Assembly: GCF_009914755.1 (NCBI RefSeq)
Contig: NC_060929.1
Length of the DNA stretch: 64,000 nt
Reading direction: 5' to 3' (one strand)
Origin: the human T2T-CHM13v2.0 reference genome, Homo sapiens
Positions 1 through 13,392 of this stretch are shown one piece after another. Each line of letters begins with the position of its first letter. The stretch's first letter is position 1. The notes beneath the pieces are model-generated. The model did not search any database. It was not told the origin of the DNA and saw nothing but the letters and a program-made list of their open reading frames with translations. The position numbers were made by a program, and so were the translations under genes.

Positions 1-1064
1 GTGTCCTTAGTTTCCTTTAAAGTCTTTAGCACAGCTGTTGGATATGGGATATGAAGTCAAAACAATGTCTAGCAGAGAGTGTGATCCACTTGTGCACCAG
101 AGAGTGGGTGTGGTAAAATTTTACACCGTCTCAGGTGAGGATTGGTTATAGGGACTGGGCAGGACAGTATATTCGAGAGGCTAGAAATAAGGTAAAACCT
201 GTAAACAATGAGGATGAAAAGACAGACTGAGCAATTTGCTCCCTCTGACTGAGGTGGTTTGGTAGCGTGAGGTAGATTTGAGTGGGGTAAAATGAAAGTA
301 AACAAAGAAAAGTAAACAAAGAAAAAGTGGTTTAACCATATCCTCAGCTCCTGAATAGCTCAAAGTGCACCACAGGCAGGAGTCAGGGTAATGGGTAAGT
401 CTGATACAAAAATTCTCAGTAACAGTGTTTACATGTACCATTGTATTTCTAAAAAAGTTCTTATTTGGAAACTCAATTTAAAATTTTAAGTGGTCAGTGT
501 TTTCACCATGACTAAGTTACAAGTAAGTTTGGGGATATTTGTTAGACTTCTTGACCTCTCAATGTCTGAAGCTTTGACTTATGTGTGAAAAATGCCTGGT
601 AAGAAGTAGAGCTTGCTTCCTGAAAATGTCAGATATTCATGTCCTGAGCATCCCTTCTATGGACACATGACCTAGGTGCTGCCAATCAAATTCCCTCACC
701 AGAGTCCTTGGCAAAAATCTGGTGAAAGGAGGAAGGATGGACCTTGTAGAATCCACTCAGGAGATGATGATTACTTCTGTGTTATTGTATCTAGTTTATA
801 GAAGAAGGCTACGTGTGGATCCAGTGGCAGCCTCTACAGCCCACTGATAACTGTATGGCCTAACTTGCGGCATCTTGTACTCAGTGGAAGTAGCAGTGGT
901 GAACATTTGTTTTAACTGTAGAGTTTAGCCCTTGCAAATGTTCTGTGTGTATCTAAAATTGAGATATACTTTATATACATTAAATTGCACACACCTTATG
1001 TATTTAATTTGTTCATTTTTGACAATTTTATACACCTACCCTTGGATCCTGAAGACCTTTGAAG

Positions 1065-1263
1065 TCCTTCCACTTTTAAGGACCTTGTGGATTACATTGG
1101 GTCTACCTGGAAAATCCAGGATGATCTCTATATTTTAAGGTAAAATGATTAGCAACCTTGATTTTGTCTGCAACATTAATTCCTATTTCCCATGTAACCT
1201 AATGCACAGGCTCCAGGGATTAGAGCATGGGCATTTTTGGGTGTTTATCATTCCACATACACA
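1065..1263 (-). mobile_element. MaLR LTR fragment, MLT1D/E-like 5' portion
   Basis: Matches the reverse complement of the MLT1 5' end (ttttaaggacc...gattacattgggtctacctgg...aatccaggatgatctc...ccagggattag). Confidence 0.75.
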
Positions 1264-2205
1264 CTCAGAGAACATACATACTTTGTATGATTCAATCTTT
1301 TTAAATGTCTGAGAATTGTTCTACAGCCAGGAATATAGTCAATCTTGTTGGGTGCTATATGTGCACTAGGAAATAATGTTTTCTTCTGTGTTGAGGTGGA
1401 ATGTTTGAGTAAGTGTAAATTAGGTCAAGTAGGTTATATCCTTGTTGATTGTTCTATTTGTTTTAATGATTGCTGAGAGAGAAGTATTGAAATTTCCAAC
1501 TATAATTGAGAGTTTTTTATTTCTCTTTTCAATTCTATACATTTTTCCTTCATATATTTTGAAGCTGTATTATTAGTTCCATATGCATTTAGTTTCCTGA
1601 CTTCATGTCCCCCCCAACTTTTTTTTTTTTTTTTTTTTTGAGATAGGGTCTCATTCTGTAGCCCAGGCTGGAGTGTAGTGGTGTGATTATAGCTCACTAT
1701 GGCCTCAACATCCCCAGGCTCAGATGATCATCCCACCTCAGCCTCCTGAGAATCTTGGACTGCAGGTGTGTGCTACCATACCCGGATAATTTTCTTTTTG
1801 TTTTTGTTTTTGTTTTGTAATGACAGACTTTGTCATGTTGTCCAGGCTTGTCTTCAACTCCTGGGCTCAAGTGATCCACCTGCCTCAACCTTCCAAAGTG
1901 CTGCGATTACAAAGTGCTAGAACTTTTGTCATTACAAAATATGCTTCTTTATACCTGGCAATATCTCTTGTTCTGGAGACTACTTTGTCTAACATGAATG
2001 TAGCCACTCTAGTTTTCTTATGATTTGTTTTCATTCCTTTATCCTATCTGTGCCATTATATTTAAAGTGAGTACCCTGTATAGAGTATATAGTTGGGTCT
2101 TGCTTTTTAATCTGACAACTCTGACTTTTAATTTAGAATTTTAGACAATTTGCACTTAATAGAATTACCTATATGATCAGGTTTAAGTTTACTATCTTTC
2201 TATTT
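1264..2205 (-). mobile_element. Old L1 (L1M) ORF2 5'/endonuclease-region fragment, interrupted by an Alu
   Basis: Antisense L1 signatures (gtattgaaatttccaactataattg, tattttgaagctgtattattag, tatagttgggtcttgctttttaatctgacaa); the minus-strand ORF tail YGTNNTASKYMKEKCIELKREIKNS resembles L1 ORF2 endonuclease. Confidence 0.8.
1619..1916 (-). mobile_element. AluJ, extreme 5' end missing
   Basis: Poly-T 1619-1639 followed by gagatagggtctcattctgtagcccaggctggagtg...ctcctgggctcaagtgatcc. Confidence 0.9.
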
Positions 2206-2620
2206 CGTTAAATAAACTTTATTTTTAGAGCAATTTTAGATTCACCACACAACTGAGGAGAAAGTACAGAGAGTTCTCACATATCTCCCCACCCATTCCC
2301 CACCTCATCCTCCCCAAACATCAACACCCCGTACTGAAATGGTACATCTATTACAACTGATGAACTTCTGTGACACATCATTATCACCCAAAGCTGTAGT
2401 TTACACCAGGGCTCATTCCTGATGCTCTATATTCTATAGGTTTTGACATGTACATTCTATGTTCATTGACATGTATCCACCATTACAGTACTATATAGAA
2501 TACTTTCACAGTCCTAAAAATCCTCTGTGAGTGAGTTCTAGTTGCTCCACATCCTTGTCAGCATTTGGTGTTCTCAGTATTCTGAATTTTGGCCATTCTA
2601 ATGGGTATGTTGTGCTATCC
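2206..2620 (-). mobile_element. L1MC/L1MB-type 3' end fragments
   Basis: taaactttatttttagagcaattttagattcac...aaagtacagagagttc...catcattatcacccaaag; then gttgctccacatccttgtcagcatttggtg. Confidence 0.75.
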
Positions 2621-2765
2621 TTTTTTCCTTTTTTTTTTTTTTGACATAGGGTCTCACTCTGTCACCCACGTTGGAGTGCACTGGTGCTATCTAGGCTTAC
2701 TGCAACCTCTGCCTCCCAGGCTTAGATGATCCTCCTACCTCAGCCTCCTGAGTAGCTAGGACTAT
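2621..2765 (-). mobile_element. Alu right-arm fragment truncated at a rearrangement junction
   Basis: T-tail, then gacatagggtctcactctgtcaccca...ctcagcctcctgagtagctaggactata; Alu sequence stops abruptly. Confidence 0.85.
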
Positions 2766-2817
2766 AAACATAGCAATAGAAACTATCACATATACAGCAC
2801 ACTATAAAAGCAAACTA
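2766..2817. repeat. Left arm of a perfect 52-bp inverted repeat (partner 8745-8796)
   Basis: Base-by-base reverse complement of 8745-8796. Confidence 0.95.
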
Positions 2818-5800
2818 GAGGCATAAACAAGGAAAAAATATTCAAAGATAAAAGTCTCATGATAGTAGAGAAGTCTTGATCTTGGGAATGCTGTTCATAT
2901 CAAGGATGCCACCTTCTCTGGGGAGAAACTTTCCTGGTTAACTTTACCTTAGGGGTTTCAATGGATGTACAGTTCCAAGAGTGTGGAGGGACTCTTTTCA
3001 GTTGTGAGATAATGAACTCAAAGTTCAAGGTTTCAAAGTTTTGTTGCAGTGTGAATGGCAAGGGTAGTATTTCTCTGATGTTCTCAGAAGATCCAATCTT
3101 TGCGTTCTAGATTGTGAAGGGGTTGATTGTCCTCCATGAATTATAAAAAGCTTTCTTTACCTGGTGAAAATATACTGTGGCATAATAATCTACTGTTATA
3201 ACATCAGCCGTCTTGCATGGGAGAGTTTTTTACAACCAGATAACATGCATTGAAAATGACAATTGAATGAAATCCCTTTATAAAAGTTTAAATGGCCCAT
3301 CAGGTAGCCATATGTACCTGAAGCCTTGATTATCTTCCCAGGGATATGGATTTGATAAGCCAAACATTGGTTATAAACTATTTTAGCAATTTATAAATCA
3401 CCATACCAATATATTTAATTTGGATAATTTTATATTTTCCGTGATGAGTCACGGAATGCAGAACTTTTAATAACAAAAGTTTTAAGAACTCAGAAAGGAC
3501 AAGGTGGCTGTCCTGGTTCTCCATGAGTCCATGCTTAATTAACATTAGACTTATATCCTCTTAAATACCAGTTGTTTCTCCAAATTAGGTGATAGCACTG
3601 ATAACTGATGGGTTATCATAGGTAATTTGATGTAGACCATGGAGTTCATTCAAATTGTATATCTAAACCATTATGTATTGGCTAATTTAGCATGAAAAAC
3701 TAGCAAAGTATTTCTTTGGTATTCAGTTAATTTTTGTTCTACTTGGGTTAGAAGTTTTATAAATCAGTCAGTCTTTTCATTAAAGTTTCAGGAATTCCTA
3801 TCCAGTCCAATTTTTGGGGAACTGGGGAGTCCATGGGGAATTCTTTTCCACAATATGATTTTAAAGTTATTAGAAACCTGTATTCAAGAGTGCTTTTCAG
3901 GGTCCTTTCCATCCTTTCATGAATCTCCTAAAATAAACTATATTCTAGGATTTTGCATGCATGTGAAGTTTTCAGAAACTGCATCAGCATTAAGCAATTA
4001 ACTGTGGAAATGACTTTAAATAGCCATAGTTAAAGAAATAACTGAAAAGGAAATCAGTTATTTCTGTGGTCTACAATAACCTAACATAGTAACCATAATT
4101 ATGATTGATAGCATATACTCAGACATATTAAAATTTTAGAAATCCCATATAATTTTGGAATATATATTATCATTCACTAAAATAAAACCTGAAGAAGATT
4201 AAACATTATTTTATTTTGACAATGCTTCCTATGTAACCTAACATGTCAAATAATCCTGTTTACTTCTTTTTTGGATGCTTCAGCGGCCCTCTGTATCATC
4301 TCAAAGTTAAGAGGTCAGAAAAGACGGTTTTGAAGCTGAAATTTGATTTTGGTAAGCCTATTGAATATGTTAAAGGTTTAACATATTGATATTTAACTTC
4401 ATATTATGAAACAGAATTCCAGGTTACAATAAGTCATTCATTTAGCCAAAATAAAGACTCAAAATTTTTTAAAAAAGGCAGAAACATTTACTCATTGACA
4501 GAGGAAAGTCAGCTTTCCAAACAAACTGTCTCTTATCTTTCCCTTCCTTTTTGGGGTAGTTTATTCAAAAGGCAAAAAAAAAAAATCTTTCATTATCTTT
4601 TAATATTACATGAAAATCTTGTTCAAAAGAGAAAACCAAATTTCACCCTTGCATTAAAATACTATTAATGTCAACCTAAATTTATAATAAAACCATATAG
4701 ACAAATTTATTCAATTTTAATCAGTTTGACCATATGGTGAGATTCTCCTAAACCTTTTATAACCCTTTACAAATTTTTGTTAAAGAGCAGGTCAGTGCTT
4801 TAACAAAACCTTGTTATGCTTTCATTTTGATGTTCAGCTTGTGGAAAAACCAAATAATGCCCCTTCAAATTTAGTCAAAATATTCACACACATAATTTCT
4901 TTTACAAGATTAATTTTTACAACCCTTCCACAACTTATTCAAGCCTTTAGGTTTATCTTACCTAATTTAAAACAATCCTTTAACCCTCTAAACAAGGCAA
5001 AAATTTACATTCCTATGCCTTCTTATAATCTCTTACCAAAAACACATTCCATTCTCCTTACACACCTTGCATATAAAACTATTTTTTTCAGTAGTCTCAA
5101 TTACATGTTATATTAGTAACTCTGAGCAACTTCTACTTTTGGTGCATAAATTTCCTTTCACAAATCCTTTCATGACTTACACAGACCATCTATGACATGC
5201 TTGGTCTTTCTGACTTCTCCTAAACACCCTTCTTTTTAAACAATGGTTATTTTACTTTAGGACAAGAATTTACCATAGAAGATCCTTTCTTATATAAAAT
5301 CTTTTTTCTCTATAACCTTTGCATAGCTAGGGGGATGGCTAATTCCACGTTTCCCCAGGCCTTATTGAGAGTCTTAATCTCCATGGTAGGTAAATTGAAC
5401 AATTTTCAAAAGTCAAAGCAGTTTACGACCTTAAAGTATTTAGTAAGCCTTATACCTGACCTTCCTAATTTAGACCAAATGTCTTTATTTTACCAATAAT
5501 CTTTAAAACTTTTTAATTCCCAAAGATTACTAAAATTACATGGACTAAAAGGTGTTACAGTTCTTAATTTTCTTTCAAAATATTTGATTAGTGCTTATTT
5601 TTCTTTAAGCCCATTAATTAGAGCTCTTTTATATAAACATCACATACACAACACATAGATAACTACACAGACAGAAGAAGATCCAGTAGTTGTAATATTT
5701 TTTTATTTGCTAGTTTCTTAATTGGATTACCGGCCTCAGCATGGATGCCTTCAAGGAACAGGGCTAGGAAAACATACAGTTTCTAGGGCCTAATAAGCAA

Positions 5801-5845
5801 GCACAGTTGGAAGACAGAAACAGATCCCCAAAATTGAGGGTCTCA

Positions 5846-6211
<366 letters not shown>

Positions 6212-8311
6212 CTAAAAGTATATTTTCTCCCTAGTTATTACACACTAAAGCTCTCTTATAATGTGAAGTAATCTCTGATACCCCAAAGTAAAAAACATCA
6301 GATAATACAATGGAAAATGGAACAGAGCCTTAGATTTTGAGAGGGGATGTATTCACTTTCAATTCCTGGGGTTTCATGAAGGAAACAAAAGTTTTTCCCA
6401 AAACAGGGTTTGTGGCACCTCCTCTGTTTTTCCCAAGGAGTCCCAATCTTTTAGAGCTTGAATACCCACTTTTAATTAAGCTGACTTTTAACCACAGTGC
6501 TCTTTAAAGAAAGAAAAGTTCTTTTACATCTTTTATTATCTGACTTAAGCCAGGCCAAACAGCCCATATTTCTGTGCTCAGAGAAAGGAAAATGTAAGAT
6601 GCTTCATGGAGGGGAAGAGAATCAACAAATGGTAAAGGTCACACAGATGTCAAACCAGGAAGGACTCATTCCCTAAGCCAGGAATTGAACCCTGAACCAG
6701 GGCTGCCATTGTGATGATAGAGACCAAGAGAAAGTACTGCCACATAGTTACAAGATCAAGCTCCCAAGGACATGAAACAAGATGAGAAGGAAACTTTATG
6801 CAGTTTTTGTTGTTGTTTCAGAGACCTGCAGCAAAGTTTGTTACTGACCAGTTTGCTGGGCCATCTTGAACAGTGGGCTTAGAGGGTTACTAGGCCTGCA
6901 TTATATCCTAAAGTACCCCTCTTTATGACAAAATAATAACACAAAGCCCATCAGAGTCACTATAGCTTAAGACTAGCCTCACGAATCCTTTTTCCCCATT
7001 AGTTAAAACTTTACAGAAGAGATAAATGTTGATTTTTACCATTCATTCAGCCGGTTTACACAGAGAGAGAGAGAGGCCAGAAATCTGACTTGTAAGAATG
7101 TTTTATCCTTTTGCTGGCATGTCAGATTTCTGGGTTCCCTTTCCCTGAGTGGCACTAGTGATCCTGCGCACCACACCATAGCTCCAGGGCCCAAGCTACA
7201 TTAGTAAGGAAAATCATGGAACTGCAGGCAAAATCCTCTCAGTTTTGCAAGATGCTGAATAAGGGTTTGCATGGGGTAACCAAATTAACATTTTCCATTC
7301 TGGCCAGAGCAAAATATGTGTGACAAAACATAGACATTAGCCACTCTGCCTGGCACCTGATATCAAACCAGCAAGCCTTAAACTTGCCCCCGTTGGGCCT
7401 CATCATCTTTAATCCATTTCTAACCAAAAGGAACTTTACTGAGGAAAGGGCCTCTAACCCAATCCTATGCTTTACTCAGGTAAAATGTACCCCATTACTT
7501 ATCCAAAGTCAGCCAATTGGTGCTGCAGTCTACTTCCTTTGGATTGGGATAGTAACTAAGCTAAAAATAGCAGATTTAATTTTTTAAATCAGTCGCTTAA
7601 GGTTTTTTTTGCATTTCATAAAGTCTTTAAGTAAAAATATTGAAACCTTTTTAGAAGTTTCTGCTTATTAATAGGCATCCTTGGATGAGTCTAAATGCAC
7701 TTCCATGCATTGTTCATTCAGAATGTTCCACTGTAATTTATCTTTAGTAAGATTTTGTCATTTCTTTAAGACTTTACTACTTCCTGGGCCTAATGTATAA
7801 GCCAAAGGAACTCAGTTTTCCAGAAATTAAGGATCCCGTTTTTACCTGAAATATTGGCTTTGCTCTTAGGTTCCCTTGAACTTAGCCAATGATTTTTCCT
7901 ACCTAAGCATGCAAGAAAAACGAAACAAAGGAGCAGAACACAGAAAATCCCTGTGAATTTTTAAAAGCCAAGTTTTACAACCCCTGCAATATTACCGTTT
8001 ACTACCAGTTTCTTTCTGACCCAGTCAGATATGAGGCCTCTAACTGGATCCAAGCCAGTTAATTACCAGATCAAACCTGATCCTGGATCTAGTCCAGTTT
8101 CTGTCATGACTTCCAAACCCAGTTTGGATCAGAAATTTGCTTGAAGAAACTCAGAGAGCTCACAACACAAATCCGTGGAGCTCTGAAATCCGAGAGAGAA
8201 CTTATCCACAATCCCCAGTTACTCTGAGAAATCAAAGGACACAAGTGGTTCTGGCAGGTGCCTTGATTGTTCACTCAGTGCTCCTGGGGCTCGTTAGAAG
8301 CTCTAGTTTGG

Positions 8312-8329
8312 GTCCCACTTCTGACACCA
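8312..8329 (-). promoter_or_regulatory. Retroviral primer-binding site (tRNA-Leu type)
   Basis: Minus strand reads TGGTGTCAGAAGTGGGAC, 2 nt after the LTR's terminal CA. Confidence 0.8.
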
Positions 8330-8331
8330 TA

Positions 8332-8759
8332 TGTTAAAGAAAAACTCCAGCTGAATTAAATTTAAAGTTTAATTGAGCAATGAATGATTTACAAATCAGA
8401 CAGCCCCCAGAATCACAACAGATTCAGAGAGATTCCCCCACAGCCACGTGGTGGAAGATGATTTATAGACAACAAAAGGGAAATGAGCTACATAAGTCGG
8501 AAGTGAGGTACAGAAACAATTGGATTGTTTACAGCTTGGCCTTTGCCTTATTTGAACACAGTTCAAGCATTCAGCACTGTAACAGTGGTTGAAGTATGGC
8601 TGCTGCAATTGGCCAAGACTCAGCTATTGTTATAGGTGCATACTCTTAAGTTAGGTTTTCAATATTGTCTACCTATTAAGTTAGGTTACAGTTCATCCAC
8701 AAGGACTCAAACATAGAAGTATGAAGCCCTTTCCAGGCCATATTTAGTTTGCTTTTATA
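8332..8759 (-). mobile_element. MER57 (A1/B-like) 5' LTR
   Basis: Minus strand tataaaagcaaactaaatatggcctgg...gagtccttgtggatgaactg...ttggccaat...aatttaattcagctggagtttttctttaaca matches the recalled MER57 consensus. Confidence 0.85.
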
Positions 8760-10330
8760 GTGTGCTGTATATGTGATAGTTTCTATTGCTATGTTTTCAA
8801 GTTCACTAATTTTTTTTATTCTGAAGTGTACAATCTGTTATTAGCCCCATCTTGTATATTTTTTAAAATTTCAGACATTATAGTTTTAATCTCCAGGAGT
8901 TCCATTTGTTTTTTGTTTGTTTTGTTTTCTTTTTGGTTAGATAGTATCTTTTGTGTCCCTCCTCATCATGCTCAGATTTTTCTCTACATTTTTTTAACAG
9001 GTTGAGGATATTTACAATAGCTATTTTAAGGTCTTTGTTTGCCAATTCTATTATCTCTCCTATTTTGTGATCTGTTTCTATTGATCTGTTTCTCTTGGTT
9101 CTGGGTTATATTTTCCATCTTCTTTATATATAACTGATAATTTTTGACTGAATGCCAGACATTATGAATTCAATGTTGTAGGGTGTGAAATTTAGTTGCA
9201 TTCCTTTAAATAGTGTTTTTCAAAAATTTCTGGAATGCAGTTGTGAATGCTAGACATTATGAATTTTATGTTGTAGGGTGTGGAATTTTGTTACATTCCT
9301 TTAAACAGCTTTTTTTTAAATTTCTGGAATGCAGCCATGTTCTTTGGGATCAGTTTATTCTTTTTGAGGGTTGCTTTTATGTATAGTTAGTGAGGATCCA
9401 GAGTACCTTTCAGTCTAGGGCTGATTTAGTTCTATTTCTAGGAGGATTCTGAGCAGCTACTCAATACACCATGGATTATGAGGTCTTTCCGCTTTGACTG
9501 GTTGGAACATGAACAATTCACAGCCTTGTGCAATCTGTGAGAATTATTCCACCTACTCTTCTGGGGATGGGGTGGGGAATAGTCCTTGTTATTCTACGAT
9601 AGTTTGAAATGGAAATCTTATAGAACACTTTTGAATGATGAATTCATTTTTTAAAATAGATATAATGCTATTCAGATTTTCTATTTCTTGTGTCGTTATG
9701 TAAGTTTTCTTTCAAAGAATTTATTCATTTTATGTAAGTTATCACATTTATTTGCATAAAATTGTTCATATCTCATTATTATCCTTTTACTGTCACTACG
9801 ATCTATAATATCTCTGCTTCAATTCCAATGTTAATGAATGTAGGGCCCAGAGGGCCTAGAGCATTTCTCTAGTTCTTTTCCCTGCCCTCCCCCAACCTTC
9901 TGCAGGCCCAGCACACCTGTGCTTCAGAGTGAGGTGGGTCTTTCTCACTTCTTCTGCTCTTTATATTCTTCCCTAACACTTGATAAAGGCCTGTGGAAGA
10001 GGTAACAGATGTGCAGACTCACCTTTTTTTAAGTCCCACTGGGGATTCTAAAGTCTCATGCCATCCCCAAGTTGGTGCTTAAAACTTAGTTAAAATTTTA
10101 GCTATTTTCTTCTTACCTATGTCTAAAGTGACTTTCTCCTATTCCCACTTCTCCACCAAAGACTCAAGCCACTAATGAGGAGTCATTGCTTTCTAGACTT
10201 TAACTCATTTGGCTTCTTTTCATCTTCAGCACACTTATGGCCATTAAAGATCTATGATCTTGTAGATAATCTCACTTGTTTTTGTTGTTAGGATATAAAT
10301 GACATTCCCTTTCAAGTCTCTACTTTTTTT
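8760..10330 (-). mobile_element. Old L1M ORF1/5' region fragments
   Basis: tttctattgctatgttttcaagttcactaat..., gaatgccagacattatgaatt; probably collinear with the 1264-2205 fragment. Confidence 0.6.
9149..9334. repeat. Diverged direct tandem duplication, ~95-bp unit x2
   Basis: tgaatgc[c/t]agacattatgaatt..atgttgtagggtgtg..aattt..cattcctttaaa..aaatttctggaatgcag starting at 9149 and 9244. Confidence 0.85.
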
Positions 10331-10557
10331 GTTTTATAGCCCACGTTGGAGCTCTCTGCTAACAGAGACCAATGCTGTCACAGAGAACAAAGAAGAGCAG
10401 GAATGATGGAATGGTTCTGGTGTCTTCTGCCTTAGGGGCTGCTTCTCATGACAAGCTGCAACACTCAGACTCACCTGTTTTTACTCCCCATTCCCTCAGG
10501 AGTGGTTGCTGTTGTTACAATCTGGAGGCTCTTGCAGAGCTCTCTGTTCTATGCCAT

Positions 10558-10940
10558 TGATATGGTTTGGCTGTGTCCCCACCCAAAATCTCATATTGAA
10601 TTGTAATCCTCATAATCCCCATAATCCCCACGTGTCTAGGGAGAGACCAGGTGGAGGTAATTGAATCATGGGGGCAGGTTTCTCCCATACCATTCTTGTG
10701 ATAGTGAATTCTCATGAGAGCTGATGGTTTTATACGTGTTTGGTAGTTCCTCCTGCATTCATTCTTCTCCCTGCTGCCTTGTGAGGAAGGTGCCTTTCTT
10801 CCCCTTCATGTTCTGCCATGATTGTAAGTTTCCTGAGGCTTCCCCAGCCATGCTGAACTGTAGTCAATTTAACCTCTTTCCTTTATAAATTACCCAGTTT
10901 TGGGTAGTTCTTTATAGCAGTGTGAAAACGAACTAATACA
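10558..10940 (+). mobile_element. THE1 (THE1D-like) solo LTR
   Basis: tgatatggtttggctgtgtccccacccaaa...aactaataca; TSD gccat/gccct. Confidence 0.9.
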
Positions 10941-12085
10941 GCCCTATACTCTGATATCATTTCAATAATTTTATTCTCTGCCCTAAGTAACCAATTGGTT
11001 TCTCCTGCCTATAATTAAGTACTTTAATAATATATTAAGTGTTACAAGATATGCTTAAAAATAAATAAATATAACATTGAATATATTTGTTATCTATGCT
11101 ACTGCAACAATGTTTTTGTTTTGTCCTTAATTTCTCTGCATCTTACTGAAAATTAATACTCAGTTGAGTTTACTTTTCTTCCTCACCTTGTAACTTATAA
11201 CTAAGGATGATAATAGCAGTTAAGATTCCTGATATTTGTACTCTGATACCTCATATGGAAAATAATCTTGAAGAGTCTTTAGTTCTTACGTTACTCAAAA
11301 GATACCATTTCCTTGAGAGATACCCAAGTGTCCTTTGCTTAGCTCTTGCAATTCTGCTAAAATGCACTACTAAAAAAATCACTGAAAACTTAATTGTTTT
11401 CTGATTGTTGACTTTTAGTGGATAAGTAAAGAATAATCTTGGTAAGAGCCAGAATTTCTCTTGAAAGCTTCATAAAATGTATGAAGGCTACACATCTCCC
11501 CTTAATCTTGGTTTTGGTTAACTGAGTTTTCATGCAACAAGTCAGTCACTCAAACCAGTTACTCATCACCCTATCACATCCTCTAAACTCAACTGTCATG
11601 ATGTCCTATCTGTGAATCTGTTATTTCCTCCAAATCATCTCCCAAGTCCACTTCCCTAGTCCAAACTTCCCATTGCTGCTCATTTTACTTTTATTTGTTA
11701 CAGTAGAAAGCTGCTACATGATTTTGTAGGTTTGAAAAAGGCTCTCATTACTGACATTTTTTTTGGTTCAGCTTTGCATCACAAAGAAGGCAGTTTTCAA
11801 AAGTTAACTGAAAAGAGCACAGATAAATTTATCAACAGATATTGATTTAAAAGAACACTTTTAGTTTTAGCTGTCATTTACAGAGAGGGTAGCCTAGAGG
11901 GATAGAAGGTTTTAATAGGTACCTCAGGTTTTCAGAAAGCTGTTGAGAATGGACTATTTCCAGGAGAAGTCAGATTAGAAATGGGATTTCTAGAACATTA
12001 ACTGTATGGGACCCTAGACACCTAAGAAACTGATTCGGACTTGGGAAGAAGTTCCCCATTGTGAACTGCAACATGCTGGCATAAC

Positions 12086-12538
12086 TCAGTCAGTATAAGC
12101 AGAAGTAATGTGCTGGATATTTTTCCTTTGTTCTTTCAGAGCTACTCTCCATTTCTCGTCTCCATGCTCTGTGCACTGTAGGCACAAATAACCTCTAGTT
12201 CCACATCAATGGGTTCCTCTTCTTTAGCTTCTGATTGGGCATGGCCAATGAGAGACAGGCAAAGGATGAACAGGTAACAGTACAGTGAGATCAGGGTATT
12301 TATTCACCAGGCTTTGTCCTGGCAGATTGCCAAAGCATTGGCTCTGCTCCTCTCCTATGGCTTCTCTTTTTGCCTCTTCATTGTGAAGCATGGTTGCAGA
12401 CACACAATTACTAGCCCCAAGCACTACACTATATGTTGCCCTTTTCTTTTACTCCTACCTGCGTTTTCTAAATATTTCCTCTCCCCAACTCCTTCATCTG
12501 AGTATGTCCTCTGTTTTCTGTTGGGACTATGACTAGTG
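12086..12538 (+). mobile_element. ERVL LTR33-like solo LTR, old
   Basis: ttctgattgggcatggccaatgagag...tcagggtatttattc...tgagtatgtcctctgttttctgttgggactatgact. Confidence 0.6.
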
Positions 12539-12660
12539 TAGGGGATACTCAAAATATTCAATAACCTGTAAGGCATGGGCAGCAACTAATTGGAAAGGTT
12601 GTAGCTGTAAACAACCAGTAAGGCAGCACCAGTGCATACTGTGTAAATATTGGTGCTGGC
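12539..12660. mobile_element. MER112-like hAT MITE fragment
   Basis: aggggatactcaaaatattcaataacc...ggcatgggca...aaacaaccagtaaggc resembles the MER112 end. Confidence 0.45.
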
Positions 12661-13179
12661 TACGGAATGTGGAACAAATATTTTATAAGTAATGTAGGTA
12701 ATGTGTCAAAATTTACAAATTAAAAACATAAGTGGGTTCAAGGGAGAGCCTGGGGAGTGTGCAAGCATGGTGATTGCACAGTCTAGACTTAGTTGCACAT
12801 TTTCTTCCATTTGGTAAAACCCAGGTGGGCTTTTAGCCCACCTCATTCTTCTAAGACTGGGAAAACACACTCTAGCCTGTTCTTCCTAATTTAGGCTCCT
12901 AATTTTACTGATCAAGACATCTTTCTCTTATATCCACTAATAAATTCTACTTTTATTCAAATAGAAAACATTTTCAGGCATGCAGAACACATAATTATAA
13001 CTTTGCAGACCCTTCAACGAAATACATCTGTTGTATTTATTAACTTACCCAGTGTATCTTCCTCTTTCAATACAATAGGTTTTCCATTTGATTAATGCTT
13101 CCGATCAGATAGCATTCCATCTTCTCTGCTGGTGAACTGTTCACAACATCCAGTACAGCTATTGCCATGTCTGAGAACC

Positions 13180-13392
13180 TTTCCTGGAAACCACCAGGCA
13201 GAATTGATCACTATTCTCTGTACTTGAAAGCACTTTTCACTCTGTATTGTGATTAATAGTGTGTGTTTCTGTCACCATTGTGAGATTTTGATTGCCTTGA
13301 AAACAGGGATCAAATCTTTTTCATCTTTATCACCTTAGGGCTTACCACACTGATAATACCTGATAGAACTGATAAATGTCTGTTGAACTGAA
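13180..13392 (+). mobile_element. L2 3' end
   Basis: ccttgaaaacagggatc...ttcatctttat...accacactg...ataaatgtctgttgaactgaa. Confidence 0.65.

Noticed and set aside
600-930. Possible old ERVL LTR fragment
   Set aside because: Resemblance too weak to assign a family or boundaries by eye.
4811-5116. 101-aa ORF as a retroviral protein
   Set aside because: Antisense to the provirus, within the non-coding AT-rich leader, with no gag/pol/env similarity.
8312-8329. tRNA-Leu-like sequence as a tRNA gene
   Set aside because: Only 18 nt complementary to a tRNA 3' end, next to an LTR: a PBS.
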